Positions 62,990 through 64,000 of a stretch of DNA of 64,000 nt are shown piece by piece. Source of the DNA: Macrostomum lignano. Its lineage: Eukaryota. A model generated the notes under the pieces. The model was not told where the DNA came from and searched no databases. It worked only from the letters and a program-made list of their open reading frames with translations. The stretch covers positions 237,465 to 301,464 of the forward strand of contig NIVC01001378.1 in the NCBI GenBank assembly GCA_002269645.1. The letters run 5' to 3'. Each line of letters begins with the position of its first letter. Position 1 is the stretch's first letter. The translations under genes and the position numbers were made by a program.

Positions 62990-64000
62990 AGACTGGTCCT
63001 CAGGACCAGTGTGTGATTGTCTGGTTCCTTCAGGACCAGTATGTGATTGTCTGGTTCCTTCAGGACCAGTGTGTGATTTTCTGGTTCCTTCAGGACCAGT
63101 GTGTGATTGTCTGGTTCCTTCAGGACAGTCATGTGATTGTCTGGTTCCTCAGGACCAGTGTGTGATTTTCTGGTTCCTTCAGGATCAGTGTGTGATTGTC
63201 TGGTTCTTCAGGATCAGTGTGTGATTGTCTGGTTCCCTCAGGACCCATGTGTGATTTTCTGGTTCCTTCAGGATCAGTGTGTGATTGTCTGGTTCCTTCA
63301 GGACCATGTGTGATTGTCTGGTTCCTTCAGGACCAGTGTGTGATTGTCTGGTTCCTCAGGACCCATGTGTGATTTTCTGGTTCCTTCAGGACCCATGTGT
63401 GATTGTCTGGTTCCTTCAGGACCATGTGTGATTTTCTGGTTCCTTCAGACCATGTGTGATTGTCTGGTTCCCTCAGGACCCATGTGTGATTTTCTGGTTC
63501 CTTCAGGACCCATGTGTGATTTGTCTGGTTCCTTCAGGACCAGTGTGGATTTCTGGTTCCTTCAGTACCAGTGTGTGATTGTCTGGTTCCTTCAGGACCA
63601 TGTGTGATTGTCTGGTTCCATCAGGACCCATGTGTGATTTTCTGGTTCCTTCAGGACCAGTGTGTGATTGTCTGGTTCCTTCAGGACCAGTGTGTGATTG
63701 TCTGGTTCCTTCAGGACCATGTGTGTGATTGTCTGGTTCCTTCAGGACCCATGTGTGATTTCTGGTTCCTTCAGGACCCAGTGTGTTGATTGTCTGGTTC
63801 CTTCAGGACCATGTGTGATTTTCTGGTTCCTTCAGACCCATGTGTGATTGTCTGGTTCCTCAGGACCCATGTGTGATTTTCTGGTTCCTTCAGGACCCAT
63901 GTGTGATTGTCTGGTTCCTTCAGGACCAGTGTGTGATTTCTGGTTCCTTCAGGACAGTGTGTGATTGTCTGGTTCCTTCAGGACAGTGTGTGATTGTCTG
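62990..64000. repeat. ~30-bp minisatellite in SNRK intron (runs off window)
   Basis: Unit gtgtgtgattgtctggttccttcaggacca. Confidence 0.96.

Overview
Eukaryotic (metazoan, invertebrate) genomic DNA with spliceosomal introns; the compact GC-rich exons separated by minisatellite-filled introns resemble a free-living flatworm such as Macrostomum (inference). Four protein-coding genes are supported: (1) the 5' five coding exons of DNA polymerase epsilon catalytic subunit (POLE, minus strand, running off the left edge); (2) a divergently oriented lethal(2) giant larvae (Lgl/LLGL) homologue (plus, ~9.7-34.4 kb, at least 7 exons); (3) a single-coding-exon rhodopsin-class neuropeptide GPCR of the myosuppressin/DMSR type (plus, 53.4-54.7 kb); (4) the 3' three exons of an SNF-related kinase (SNRK, minus, entering from the right edge). 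Also present: a decayed RNase H-bearing LINE, a tRNA-headed SINE with a CORE-like body, a MITE-like hairpin, a ~2 kb tandem duplication with a templated insertion, and about 25 micro/minisatellite arrays. Most long ORFs in the supplied track are translations of those arrays. The most unusual pattern is in the Lgl introns: several sense-strand minisatellites have units that read as GT...AG mini-introns, and one of them is paired with an inverted array in the same intron, which could fold the pre-mRNA into a ~0.75 kb duplex. Three single-base frame discontinuities in POLE and SNRK are probably assembly errors. No CRISPR, rRNA or intact tRNA gene was seen.
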